This document shows, one piece after another, positions 13,050-26,150 of a stretch of 64,000 nucleotides of DNA (positions within the stretch are counted from its first letter, which is position 1; every line of letters starts with the position of its first letter). Made by a program: the position numbers and the translations under genes. The stretch is from Mobula hypostoma (lineage: Eukaryota). The stretch lies in NCBI RefSeq assembly GCF_963921235.1, contig NC_086097.1, forward strand, positions 171,742,001-171,806,000. The letters are read 5' to 3'. Below the pieces are notes generated by a model that searched no databases, was not told where the DNA came from, and worked only from the letters and a program-made list of their open reading frames with translations.

Positions 13050-13995
13050 ACACACTGCACTGACGCTGAATTTAGAAACTCACCAATTTCCTCCTTGCAC
13101 GTTGCAATGCAGCAAACTCCCACAACCAACAACTTACCAGCAATCTTGTTTATGCGTCATCCCTTGCATTCATGCTCAGTCCTTCTCAGAAGGATTATAC
13201 AGGATAAACATTTGTGCAAATTGAGGGCTCCTCAAACAAGGAGGTTTGATGTTTTGCTTCTGGACAAGCAGTCTTGGCAAGGGACTACAGAGGTAATCAA
13301 AAGTGGGTACTCGAAAAGACTAAGTACAGAACTAGACCACAGTGCAGTTTGTGTCTGATGTCATCTGGAGCCAAGATATTGATCAGTTGAGGAGAGCAAA
13401 GTTAATTGTTCGAGGATAAAGGTGTCCCAAGCTATCAGAACCACTTCCTATAATTCCAGAGTGAACACCTACTACCACCAGAGAGGAGAGAGACCCCAGA
13501 ACCTGAGATTGTTTCACCCCCACAAGTCTCACCTGCCAAGCAAGAATACCCCTTCTTTTCAGGAAAGACATTATCTCACAAGAGTAAGAAATCCTCCAGA
13601 GCAATTAGCGATTTAGGCCTGATTGGGATATTTTAAAATCTACTATGCTGTGGATGTCTACAGTATATAGTGGTTGTATTATATAGTGTACTGTATAGTT
13701 TAGATGCATTCTATATTGAGTTGGAGTTTATAGCTGAGGAGGGAGGAGTGTTGGGTATTTAATACTTCAGTATTGTTTGAGTAATATTGTAAAGATGTTG
13801 CTCGATTAAATATTCTTTGCTGTTTACATAATGCATTGTGGGTTATATGTAAAAGTATGTGAATGGCATATGGCATCACACCACTACATTTAAATATGCA
13901 CCTTTCTTGAAATACAAACAAAGATAGGCACACGTTATCAATGCTCTATGCTTTCCTCTCAATTTGTTTAATGTTTAGAGTTACAAAGCTTAACA
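13050..13995 (+). mobile_element. Gypsy integrase C-terminus, PPT and 3' LTR (probably the same element as 8190-9745)
   Basis: IDQLRR and ERHYLTRVRNPPEQL C-terminal motifs; PPT GAGGAGGGAGGAG at 13736-13748; LTR TGTT...AACA at 13749-13995. Confidence 0.75.
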
Positions 13996-14290
13996 ATTTG
14001 TACACCAGATGTGACATCAGAACCAACATTTATTGCCCATCCCTAATTACCCTCTGAACCAAGGAGGCAGTTAGCAGCCAGCTTCAGCGGTGGATCTGAA
14101 ATCACATACAAGGCTGGGTAAAGAAGAAAAGTTTTTATTTTCTCTGAAGGGCAATCAGCAGGAATCCATGAGTTTTTACAACGAAGTGTGCAGTTCCAGT
14201 TATTATGTTACAGGAGGGATGTGATTAAGCCAGAATTAGGCTGAGAGGTGACCTTATAAAGGTTTATAAAATCACAAGGGGCATAGATAA

Positions 14291-14631
14291 GCAACATACA
14301 TCAAAGTGGCTGGTGAACGCAGCAGGCCAAGCAGCATCTGTAGGAAGAGGTACAGTCGACGTTTCAGGCCGAGACCCTTCGTCAGGACTAACTGAAGGAA
14401 GAGTGAGTAAGGGATTTGAAAGTTGGAGGGGGAGGAGGAGATCCAAAATGATAGGAGAGGACAGGAGGGGGAGGGATAGAGCCGAGTGCTGGACAGGTGA
14501 TAGGCAAAAGGGGATACGAGAGGATCATGGGACAGGAGGTCCAGGAAGAAAGACAAGGGGGGGGTGTGACCCAGAGGATGGGCAAGAGGTATATTCAGAG
14601 GGACAGAGGGAGAAAAAGGAGAGTGAGAGAG
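14291..14631 (-). mobile_element. Penelope-like pLTR insert
   Basis: 14-bp TSD AGGGGCATAGATAA at 14277-14290 and 14632-14645; same family as the GIY-YIG-linked sequence at 54670-55391. Confidence 0.85.
14353..14390 (-). ncRNA. Minimal type I hammerhead ribozyme (predicted)
   Basis: UAGUC-CUGACGA-AGGGUCUCGGCCU-GAA-ACGU-C-GACUG: intact core, stem I UAGUC/GACUG, palindromic ACGU helix III. Confidence 0.7.
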
Positions 14632-14879
14632 AGGGGCATAGATAATGTGGATTGTCACAGACTTTTTCTTAGGGTAGGGAGTCAAAATGCTACTGGCATC
14701 GGTTTAGGTGACAAGGAAAGATTTAAAATGAAACATGAGGGGCAAATTTTAAGAGAAGGGCTGGTGGGTGTATGGAACAAATGGCCACAGAAAGTGGTAT
14801 AGCAGGAAACAGTAACAATGTTTAAAAGACATTGAGACAGGTATATGGATAGGAAAGATTTAGAGGGAAAATGATAATT

Positions 14880-15272
14880 GGTTAATTATTCTCCCATGTA
14901 CTAAGATACCGTGAAAATTCACTGTTTTCCATGCTAGCCATACAGATAATTTCAAAATGATGGATCATTGAGGTAATATGAAAGGAAAAAGCAATAGCAG
15001 AATGCAGAATATAGTGGATAGTTACAAAGTGCAGTGCAGATAGACAACTAAACTGCAAGGGACATGACAAGGTAGATTGTGAGTCAAAAGTTCATCTTTA
15101 TCATACAAGAAGTCCATTCAAGAGTCTTATAACAGTGAGACAGAAGCTGCTCTTGGTAGGTGTTTTCAAACTTTTGAATCTTGTTACTAGTGGAAGGGGG
15201 CAGAAAAGAGAATGTCTGGGTGGGAGGGTTTTTTTAATTATGCTGGCTGCTTTCCCAGGGCAGGGGGAAATC
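14880..15272 (-). mobile_element. Rex1-type 3' end
   Basis: Antisense of the HPDILF..LPLV C-terminal region and the 3' UTR shared with other Rex1 ends in the window. Confidence 0.6.
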
Positions 15273-15275
15273 TAC

Positions 15276-16517
15276 TGTGATGAAATACTTTGAGGGGCTG
15301 GTTTTGGCTAGAACCAAATCCTGTCTAAGTAAGGACCTGGACCAGTTGCAATATACTTATTGTCACAATAGGTCTCCAGTGGATGCAATCTCACTGGTTC
15401 TCCACTTGGACAATAGCAATACCAAAGTCAGGCTGCAGTTCATTGACTACGGCTCAGTGGTCAACACAATCATACCCTCAGTTCTTACCAACAAACTCCA
15501 AAACCTGGGCCTCTATACATCCCTCTGAAACTGGATCCTTGATTTTCTCTTCAGGAGGCCTCAGTCAGTGCAGATTGAAAAACACTATCCCCTTCTTGCT
15601 GACTATCAATGCTGGCCACTACTTTATTTTCTCTATCCCATAGGTTCTGTGGCCAGGCAGAGCTCAAACACAATCTATAAGTTTGCAGATGACACAATTA
15701 TTGTTGATATAATTTCCGATGGTGATGAGGAGGCGTACTGGAGTGAGGTAGATCAGCTGGTTCAGTGGTGTCGCAGCAACAACCTTACACTCAACATCAG
15801 TAAAACCAAGGATTTGATTGTGGACTTCAGGAAAAGGAAATCGAAGGAACACACACCAGTTCTCTTCGAGGGATCAGAAGTAGAAAGGATGAACAGTTTC
15901 AAGTTCCTGGCTGTCAAAATCTCTGTGGATCTTTCCTGGGCCTAGTACATCAATGCAATTAGAAATAAGGCACAACAGTGACTATATTTTACTAGGAGTT
16001 TGAGGAGAATTGGTATGTCACCAAAGACACTTGCAAATTTCTACAGACTTGGAGAGCATTCTAACTGGTTGCATCACTGTCTGGTATGTGGGGGCCACTG
16101 CACAGGATCGTAAAAAGCTGCAGAAAGTTGTAAAGTCAGCCAGCTCCATGGTGGGTAGCAGCCTCCTCAGCATCGAGAACACCATCAAAAGATAATGCCT
16201 GGAAAGGCTGCTCCATCATAAAGGACCCCCATCACCCAGGACGTGCCCTCTTCTCACTGTTACCATCAAGGAGGAGGTAGGGGAGTCAAAAGACACACTC
16301 AACATTTCAGGAACAGCTTCTTCCCCTCCGCCATAAGATGAACACTATCTCAGTATTTTTCTACCTCTCTTTGCACTACTTACTTAATTTAGTTTTCTAT
16401 TTTATATACTGCATACTTATTGTCATTTATATCTTTTATTTTTATGCATTGCTATGTACTGCTGTAGCAAACAACAAATTTCATGACACATGCCACTGAT
16501 ATTAATCCTGATCCTGA
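15276..16517 (+). mobile_element. Rex1 LINE, RT to 3' end
   Basis: MKYFEGLV, FIDYGSVVNTIIP, YKFADDT, SKTKDLIVDFRK; CCTGAT tail. Confidence 0.9.
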
Positions 16518-16519
16518 GT

Positions 16520-17212
16520 GTACACAGAGTCCATGAGCATGAAGCTGGTTTCCATGATGTGTCCACAACTCTGCAATTTCTTGAGGTCTTGGACAGTGTC
16601 ATACAAAGCTGTGATACTTTCTAAGGTACATTTATAAAAGTTGCTGACTATCAAGAGAAACATGCCTAATTTCCTTGGCTTTCTGAGCAAGTAGATGATT
16701 GAGTGTTTTCTTGACCATGGCATCTACCTGACCAGGACAGGCTATTAGTGATCATAAGACATAAGACATAAGACCTTAAGACATGGGGGCAGAATTAGGC
16801 CATTTAGCCCATCAAATACGCTAATGTTAATGCTTAGGAACTTCAAACTTTCAGCCTTTTCTACCTCAACACCATTCATACGTACGGGACATGGACATGT
16901 GCTCCTCAATGCTTTCCGAAGTCAATGATGAGCTCTTTAGTTTTTCTGACATTGAGGAACAGATTGTTGTCGTGATACCATGCTACTTGGCTCTCTGTCT
17001 CCTTCCTGTAAATCAGCGCATTGTTATTTGAAATCCAGCCCATCATGGTGGTGCTATCTGCAGACTTGGAGATGGAGGTAGAGCAGAATCTGCCCACACA
17101 TTTGTGAGTGTATAGCTGAGTGAGGATACAACTTTGAGGGGCACCAGTGTATACGTTAATCATGGCTGAGGTGTTGCTGCCTGCCCCTATTGATTGTGGT
17201 CTATTGGTCAGA
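16520..17212 (-). mobile_element. Rex1 RT fragment with a small CR1 tail insert at ~16753-16820
   Basis: TGAPQSCIL, KSADSTT, LNVRKTKELIIDF; (CATAAGA)n tail. Confidence 0.8.
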
Positions 17213-17369
17213 CATGGGCCAAGTGCAGGCAAATAGGACTAGCTCAGGTAGGCATCTTGGTCACTATGGATGAGTTGAGCCAGAGCAACTGTTTCTGTGC
17301 TGGGCATTTCTATGTCTCCACGTCCCTGTCATACACTCAGCAGGTTAAGAAAGAGAAATTAATTTAAAT

Positions 17370-17866
17370 ATAGGAAGGATGTGGAACTTTAGAGAGGGTG
17401 CAGAGAGATTTACTAGCATGTTGCCTGGATTAGAGGCAAATCTTACAAATAAAGATTGAGCGAACTAGGTGAACTAGAGCTTTTCTCTTTGGACTTGACT
17501 TGATGGAGGTGTATAAAATGATAAAAGGCGTAGATAGTGTGGATAACAAATGCCTTTCTTTTCCCATGATGGAAATGACTGAAATGAGAGGGCATAATTT
17601 TAAGATGATTGGAGGAAAGTATAGATGGGATATCAAGTTTTTTATATGAAGAGTGGTAGGCTCATGGAAGACAATGCCAGAGGTGGTGATGGAAACAAAT
17701 ACTGTACATCAGGGACATTTAAGAGACTCATAGGTAGGCACATGGATAAAAGAAACATGGAGGATGACATGGGAGTGAAACATTAGAATGAACTTGGAAT
17801 AGGTTAAAAACTCAGCACAACATCATGGGCTGACGGGCCTGTACTGTGCAGTGTTCTATGTTCTAT
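17370..17866 (+). mobile_element. CR1 3' end
   Basis: LERVQRRFTSMLPGL motif; (GTTCTAT)2 tail. Confidence 0.8.
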
Positions 17867-18795
17867 GTGTGATGTTTTATTGTCTAATGTTTTTTTGCTG
17901 AACTTAACCATGTTGCCCTACTTAAGAATTTTCATGTGGCCATTGGCCCTGCTGATCTCAGTTGCTTGTTTGGCTATTCAGGTGGCAGCTGAGAATCAAC
18001 CAAATTGTTGTAGGTCAGATGTCACATATAGAGGCCCAAGTGTGTCAGAATGGAAGATTTTCTTCTTTGAAGGACACAAGTAAGCCAGTTTGGGGTTTAC
18101 CAACATTTATCAGCCCTTTTTTAAAAATCATTCTAGAAAAATAGTGGTGGCTTCAAACATAGATTTTTGGATCTGGCTAGACCAGCTACCCCTTAACTAC
18201 CATACTGCCATGCTCCATACATCAATAGAATGTTATAATTCTGCTGGTGAAAGGTGTTGAATAAAGGAGAGAACAATGAGCCTACAACCACAAAGTCCTG
18301 TGTACCTGTGAACTGCACAGACTGCAAAGTGTCCTGGGCACAACACAGAACTAGATTTCCCTCCATGGACTTTGCGCTTCTTGCTGCCTCAGTAAAGCAA
18401 TCGACATAATCAATGATCCCACTCACACCAGACATTCTCTCTTCCCCCCACCCCGTCAGGCAGAAGATAATAAAAACCCTGAAATCACATACCTCAAGGA
18501 CAGCTTCTGCCCCATTGTTATAAGACAATTGTATGGCCTCCTAGTAAAATAAGATGGACTCTTACTTTGTAATCTACTTTATCCATACTTTGCACCTTCT
18601 TTCAGCCTACATTGCACTTTCTCTGTGACTGTAACACTTCATTCAATAAGATGGAGTCTTGACCTCACAGTCAACCTCATTATGTTCCTGTACCTTATGG
18701 TCGGTCTGCATTGTCAGTCCTCCATAGTTGTTGCACTTTATTCTGCATTTTGTTATTGTTTTAACTTGTACTAGTTTAGTGCACTCTGTAACAAA

Positions 18796-20974
18796 CAGCA
18801 GCGGTGCCAGAGATTTTTTCTTGCTGGTGCTACAGTGGGGCTGAATTATTCAGTGATGTTGCTGAGGGATGTGCTGTATGGTAATATGTATTCACGAGGC
18901 CAGATGCGTGGCGTTCAAAAGTCAGTTTCAAGCATTATGTGCCTACTATAAATGCCCCTGTTGATTCACAAGCAACAGCAATTGATAAATATAATATAGA
19001 AGTGACCTGTGACAGTGTCAACAGCATCAGAGACAACCTAGGCTACACAGAGCATAAACAAACAAACCAACAGAGCATTCAACCCACAGTGCATAACGTG
19101 AATCACGCACCAATCCCGCAATCAGCGTTAAGTGCGTGCTTTTCAACTGAAAAACACAACACTAACCCACAATCTCCACTGCTATTCGCATTACATAGAC
19201 AGAAAATGCCAAAGGATACACCATTGTTAAAGTCAAATAAGGAAAACAACAGATGCAAGGCTTTACCAGGAGTTGGACAAATCATAGTCTGACCATGCAA
19301 TACCTCAATTAATTCAGCTACTGAATTTCAAACAAAAAATCAACAGAATCACTGCTTGGAAGTCTAAGCAAAATCAATAGGCTTAATAGCAGTAAATGTA
19401 ACAGTTTAGGATTTGCAAGAAACATAAGGACTATGGGGTATCCACCACAAAATAATAACAATAAATAGCATTAATCTTGGCCCAAACTTTAAAAAAAATA
19501 AAATGCACTCACCATTGATGTTTTCAGAGAAGTACAATCCGTCTGTTGTTGTGATTGGTGGCGAAAGCATCGATTTTCTGGATGTCATGTGCTTTGGTCC
19601 TCTGGCTGTTTATGGCCAACAGGGCCAAGTTGCTGTTCCGAGCATCGCCGCTGCTATTCCTTAGGTAGTTGTTGAGGCATCTGAGCAAGTGAAACTCCGT
19701 TTGCATGAGGCAGATGTCACAGGTAGAGTCAGTGATATGCAGATTAGTTTGTGTAAATCTATAAATGCATCGCGGTAGGGTCTCATTGGAGCTAGAAGTT
19801 CCACTGTGTCATTCACTGTCTGTCCTTGCTAGAGACTCAACCACTGCTCTCATATACTCACGACTTTCTAGGACAATCTATGCATGTCCTTTGTCGAGCA
19901 TATTTCCCAATCTTGAACCGTCTTGTTTTCTCAATCTGAATTCGGCCCATGCCTCCATAGCAAACTTATGAGCTGCACTCACATGGTGGGTTTTGAAAGC
20001 TGTTGTAGCTTTCCGTCAGTTGCAGTAACTGGTGACAGTGAAGGTGGACTCAGAATGGAACCCATGTCCTCCTCACAGGAAATGCCTGCATGCGAAGCAG
20101 AATGTAGTTTCTTACATGATCGAATATTCCAGTCAGTCAAACCAGCCACGAATAAAACTCCTTTGCTAATTGCCAAACTGTTGCGAGCAGCGAAAGGTAC
20201 TTTTTCAATGCTGGCCGACGGGCTCCTTCCTCAGGCTGCTGGCTAACATCGCTAACAGTATTCCCACTAGCACTAAGAGCAGTTTCATCCACGTTTTCTT
20301 CCAAATCCCGCTCCATTTCTTGTTCCTGTACTTCGCCTTCACACTCCTTCAATGAATTGCAGTCGTCCTCATCCCCACTTACTTCTTTCTGCATGTCACT
20401 TTCAATTAAGACAGGCTCAGGTTGAGACACCACTGATTACTCTGGATGAGGTCATTTTCTCACTAAAAATCGATCCATTTTCCACGCCGGCCAAAATAAC
20501 GCACGTGCCACGCCGATGTTAGCTTGTAAAAGCACAATGTGTGTGTGTGTGTGTGTGTGTGGGGGGTGGCATCCGTTAGTCTCGTGAGACCATGGATCTG
20601 CGCCTGGATGTATACCATCAATCTCTCGCGTGAGTGAGAGTGAGTGACGTCACCACCTTAAGTGATCTTAGATCAGCTTAACTGATCTGAGGACAGCAAC
20701 GGCAAGACATTGACAATGAACGAATACGTAGAAGTGTAGAGTGGATCTGACAGAGTTTATAACTTTATTGCTGCATGGGTGCTATGGTAATTGGGGGTGC
20801 TGTTTCACTAGATCAACTGGGGAAGCAAGCTGTATTCAAAACTATAGAGAGAAAGCAAAGCAACTGCAATTTGTATGTGAAATTTCAGTTAATTTCTTGG
20901 TGGTGCTACGCTGGTGCTATTGCAATTTCTGCTGGGGCTATAGCACCAGCTAGCACCACCTTAATACCACCCGG
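18796..20974 (-). mobile_element. Internally deleted hAT DNA transposon inside a Rex1 3' UTR
   Basis: 8-bp TSD GTAACAAA at 18788-18795 and 20975-20982; hATC motif LICISLTLPVTSASCKRSF at ~19688-19790; subterminal GCTGGTGCTA repeats at both ends. Confidence 0.85.
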
Positions 20975-21464
20975 GTAACAAATTGATCTGCATTACCAGT
21001 ATGCAAGATAAGCTTTTCACTGTATCTCTGTACATGTGACAATAATAAAACAATTTACCTGTTGACCATTGAGTTTCATGGGTGAAATAAAAGGGAGAAG
21101 AGTTGCTCCTGCTGATTAACCACTGTGGAAACATTGGCCTCCAGCTGTATTCACCTCTTCACTCTTGGCCCACTGTCTTTCAACAAAACTACATCACTGG
21201 AGCTGATTAAAAGTCTAATATTCTTCCACAAATTCAACACTGAGGATCAAAAATAATTTTGTCCTTTCCCATAAAGTCTTGTTTAATTTGGACGATGGGG
21301 AAATGAGGATTAGGAATTTTAGAATCATGTATTTATTGAAGCAAAGAAATAAGCCATTCGACCTATTGAGCTAATGCCTGCTCCTAGTAGAGCAATCCCA
21401 TCAGTCCCATGCCTCTGATCTTACCCCAATACCTTACAAAATATTTGCATCAACTCCCCCCAGG

Positions 21465-21680
21465 ATTCTACATCCACCTACACACTAGAAACAATTTATA
21501 GTGGCCCATGAACTCATCAACCCGCATATCTTTGTGGCATTCAAAGAAACCAAAGCACCTGAAGAAATTCACATGATCACATGAAGAACATGCAAACTCC
21601 ACGATGACAGCACACCTGGATTGACCCATGTCACTCACACAGCATTGCAGTGGCTCTACTAGCTGCACTGCTGTGTTGGC
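21465..21680 (-). mobile_element. V-SINE (HE1-like), decayed
   Basis: V-domain GGAGTTTGCATGTTCT on the minus strand. Confidence 0.65.
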
Positions 21681-22575
21681 CTAGTTCTGGTTCCTCAAAG
21701 AGCAATTCCTTACCTGGTCTGGACTCCATGTGACTCCAGATGTTATTTTGTTAACCATGAAGCATGAAATACCCTCTACCATAACTACTGTGGACAATAA
21801 GTAACAAGGCTTTCATCATGCGTAAAGAAATTTTGTCAGTCTATCACAATCACAATGAGATCACCTTCTGTGACTAAAGTTAAACATAGACCTAAAATGA
21901 AATAGTCTTCTTTTCCAGACAAAATACATGTACTTTAGAGCAGTATTTATTTCTAGAATAGATTAATTAAGTAATTGCATCATTCCCCAGAGTACAGTTC
22001 AAGTGCAGAGAGAATCCCAGCTCCATGTGCAGTAATGATTTGTTATAAATTATGTTGTTATTGGAGTGCAGAGATTTGCATTTGTATAAATTTAAACACA
22101 TTGATTTGCATATGAAGTACATCTATATCCAGAAATGTTATGACAGTTTCAATGTAACCTAGATCAAGAACCAGATCCTTTGCAAGGAGAGCTCCTCCTG
22201 ATCCTTGTAGACCCCCTTTTTAATCATGACTAGCCTGCCACATTCACACCTCTCATTTTGTGCCGTTGGGTCGTTTTCTATTAGGTCCTTCATGTGATTT
22301 CAGCTTTTTAAAAATAATTTCTTTGTATTTTTGTATATTTTACTTAAGTCCTTTAGTTAGAATGCCATGTACATTATGCAATGGATCCCACTAAAAGATT
22401 TATTTAACTCACTTAACTGAAGTCACATTATCTGCTGTGTGGGAAATATTCTGCAACTGTTTAAAAAATATAAAAATAATCTGAAAAGAATTAATTTAAT
22501 TAAGACGTGTTTTTGTAAGGACTGAAAAGCTTGTGCAGACACTAAACATTTGAACTAATTATTTAAATGAAATAA

Positions 22576-25220
22576 ATGCTGCTTTTTGGAAAGTCAAACC
22601 AAGATAGGACTTGTACAGTGAATGTTCAGGCCCTGGGGAATATTGTAGAAGCGAGGGATCTAGGAATACAGATACATAGTTTTATGAAAACAGTGTCACA
22701 GGTAGACAGGGTGATGAATAATGTATTTGGCATTCTGGCCTTCATCAGTCAGGGCATTGAATGTAGGAGCTGGGACTTTATGTCACAGATGCACAGGATA
22801 TTGGTGACACTGTGCGTGCAGTACTGTGTTCAGTTTTGGTTGCCCTGTTAACGGAAAAGCATCATTAAAATGAAAAGAGTGCTAAAAAAAATTTACGAGA
22901 ATGCTGCCAGGACTGAGTTATAGGGAGAAGCTGGGCAGACTTGTCTTTATTCCTTGGAACATAGGGAATTGAGAGGTAGCTTTTTAGAGATATGTAAAAT
23001 CATGAGATGAATAGATAGATCAAATCAGGTAGTCTTTTCTCTAATAAAGGGAAACCAAAAACTATAAGGCACAAGTTTAATTGAAGAAATGAAGAAGGGA
23101 AGTCAAACCTAATGTAAAAGCAAAAGAAAAGGCATACGACAAAGCAAAAATTAGCAGAAAGATAGAGGATTGGGAAATTCTTTAAAACCTACAGAGAGCA
23201 ACTAAAAGAATCATTAGGAAGGGAAAAATTAAATATAAAAGCAAGCTAGCAAATAATGTCAAAGGAGATTGTAAAATCTTTTTCAAGTATGCAAAAAAAA
23301 TAAAAGAGAGATGAGAGTGGATATAGGACCACTAGAAAATGAGGCTGGAGAAATAATAACAGGGGCAAAGATATGACAAATGAACTAAATAAGTATTTTC
23401 CATCATTCTTTACTGTGGAAGACACCAGCAATGTGCCTGATATTGAAGGATGTGAGGGAAGAGAAGTGAGTGCAGTTAATATTACAAGACAGAAGGTGCT
23501 CAAAAATCTGAAAGACCTAAGGGTATATATGTCACCCGGACCAGATAAACTGCACCCTAGGATTCTGAAAGAGATAGTGGTAGAGATTGAGGAGGCATTA
23601 ATTATGATCTTTCTGTAGCCCCCCGACCACCCTCAGGGTCACTTGGCTCGCTGTCATCTAGGGAAACAGCCCTCGGCCCCGCCAAACTGGGTAATTAGTA
23701 TGGGTGATGTACCTCACCCCGCCCAAATAACAGACAATACACCAGATACGATTAAATGATTTACAGTTTATAGATATTACTGGAACTATATAATTAATAG
23801 AGAATAAAATATAAAAGGAAAATAAAAGGCGCCACACTTGTCAAAGTTCAATCTGTTCGTGCACAAACAGCTGGAGCTCAGGACCCTTCTTCTTCACCCT
23901 GCGACCCGTCGGACCACCTCGACCGGCCACCTGGGACCAACAATGGTCCACAGGAGTCCGTCTCCGTCTCCTCGCCGAACGCCCTCCTCGGGGTCCGACC
24001 CCGTTAGCAGACTCACAGCACCTTGTCCATCCTCTGCCTCTCTCTACCGCCTTCCCCCCCCCGCAAAACCCTGCGCATACAGTATCTTCAAATACACCAA
24101 AAACATAACAACTATACCAATTGGTTTGTAACATATCCTTATCACACTCCTAACCCAAAACAAGCTGCTAGCGCAAAACTTTCTCAGCGTTTAACATGAC
24201 AAAGAAGCATTCCCAAGTAAAACATAACAAAGAAGCCATTTTAATTAGCCTACGCAGTAACATAAGAGACGAAACCCCCTTACATTTCAAAAATCATTAG
24301 ACTTTGAAGTTATAGACCAGTTAGCCTGACCTCAGTGGTTGGGAAGATGTTGAAGTCAATTGTTAAGGATGAGGTTATGAGATACTTAGAGCCACAGGAC
24401 AAGATAGGGCAAAGTCAGCATGATTTCCATAAAGGAAAATCTTGCCTGATGAACCTGTTGGAATTCTTCGAGGAGATTACAAGTAGGATACATAAAGGGG
24501 ATGCAGTGGTTGTTGTATATTTGGACTTTCAGAAGGCCTTTGACAAGGTGCCACATGAGGCTTTTTACCAAGCTTAGAGCTCATGGCATTACAGGAAAGT
24601 TATTGGCGTGGTTAGTGCATTGGCTGTTTGGTAGGAGGCAGCAAGTGGGAATAAAAGGATCCTTTTTTGTTTGGCTGCCAGTGACTAGTGGTGTTCCGCA
24701 GGGTCTGGTGTTGGAACCGCTTCTCTTTATGCTGTATTTAAATGATTTGAACCATGGAATAAAAGATTTTGTTGCCAAGTTTGCATATGATATGAAGTTT
24801 GGTGGAGGGACTGGTAGTGTTGAGGAAACAGGAAGGCTGCAGAAAGACAGATTAAGAGAATGGGCAAGAAAGTGGGAAATGAAATACAATGATGGAAAGT
24901 GTGGGAAGAAGGCCGGGGAGTGGGGCTGAGGAGGGGAAAAAAGGATCAGCCATGATCGAGTGGTGGAGCTGAATCAATGGGTGAAATGGCCTAATTCTCC
25001 TCCTAAGTCTTATGGTCTTAAGAAACACTTAGAAAAGACCTGAGGGGCAACTTCTTCACATCAAGGATGCAGGATATATGGAGCAAGCTGCCAGAGACAG
25101 TGGCTGAGGGAGATACTGTAGTAATTTGGTTAAGTACATGGATAGGATAATTTTGAAGAATATGGGCAAATGGGCACTATGGTTGGCATGGATAATTTAC
25201 CTCTGGATAAGGGTCTGTTG
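22576..25220 (+). mobile_element. Older CR1 3' part (22576-23089 and 25020-25220) hosting a younger CR1 (23090-25019)
   Basis: Host frame RDLGIQIH..YCVQFWLP resumes after the inner tail TCTTATGGTCTTA; inner copy has YLDFQKAFDKVPH and GVPQGLVL plus an internal deletion near 24900; candidate TSD AAGAAA. Confidence 0.85.
23614..24284. mobile_element. Solo LTR, 671 bp, young
   Basis: TGTA...TACA termini; 4-bp TSD TTTC at 23610-23613 and 24285-24288; removal restores CR1 MIFQKSLD; CpG-rich. Confidence 0.9.
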
Positions 25221-25933
25221 ATTTGAATGAAGCAGCGATGTTTTTGATGGTTTGGCAGACTCAGTGGTGGGTTCCCAGATAGTGAGATGAATGATCTGTG
25301 AAGGTCTGTGCTGCTTTGTGTGTTCCACTGCACTGGGTAGTTACATCAACACAACAGGTTGAGAGATATCATTACTTGCTTCCCCTGCACGAGCAATGGA
25401 CTGTGGGATTCTATGCAGAACCACAGTTAAGTTTTTCTTTCATTTTGTTGGGATCTAGTCATCAATGGCAATTGTGAAACTTTCACTAAATCCTTAGGTG
25501 CCCTTGATCTGAGTGGACTCTTGCACCTTTCTCAGAAAGTCATCCCAGGATGAAGGGTGCTCTACAGTAGATCTGAGATCAGAAGCATTCTCTTCATCTT
25601 GTGCAAATCCCTAACTCAGGAGGTGACAGAGGACAAGTCATTGAACGCACACAGAGTGATAGTGTTACGCAGAATAGAAACAGACCCTTTGGAATACCTG
25701 AGCTATTAGCATTTGTCTCATAGTTACTGTAAGTACATTTGGACTTTAAAATGTTGACTACAAATCACCAGAATGCTAGTTAAAATCCTACTATTTGGTC
25801 TGCTCTCATTTATTTACTAAAACATAGAATATAAAAGAAAATCAAAGGTTATTTTGGACAGGCTATAACTTGATTACTACATAAATTCTGATCATTTCAT
25901 TTAAGGAATGGTGAAATAGCACCAAAGTGTTTG

Positions 25934-26150
25934 TGGCATGGTGGTTCAGTGGGTAGAGTTCCAGAGACCCAGGTTCAATCCTAAAGTTTGCATGACCTCC
26001 CTGGGATTGAGCGTGGTTCCTCCAAGTGCTTCAGCTTCGTCCCTCAGCCCAGACATGTGAGTTGGTGGGAAAAATTTACAGCAGCCAATTAACCTTAGTG
26101 TGCAGGTGGGTGGTAGGATTGGAGAAGCTGGTGTGAATGTAGGGAGTTGG
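25934..26150 (+). mobile_element. V-SINE, decayed
   Basis: TGGTTCAGTGG A box, GGTTCAATCC B box, GTTTGCATG V-domain. Confidence 0.65.

Larger units (their letters stand above)
14240..14870 (+). mobile_element. CR1 3' fragment hosting a Penelope insert
   Basis: RGDLIKVYKITRGID|NVD frame is restored when the insert is removed. Confidence 0.8.

Noticed and set aside
14264..14802. Cluster of overlapping ORFs on both strands
   Set aside because: Low-complexity purine/pyrimidine-skewed Penelope sequence that lacks stops
19524..20433. Domesticated ZMYM/ZBED-like host gene
   Set aside because: Frameshifted, catalytic core deleted, and bounded by a TSD: a transposon relic
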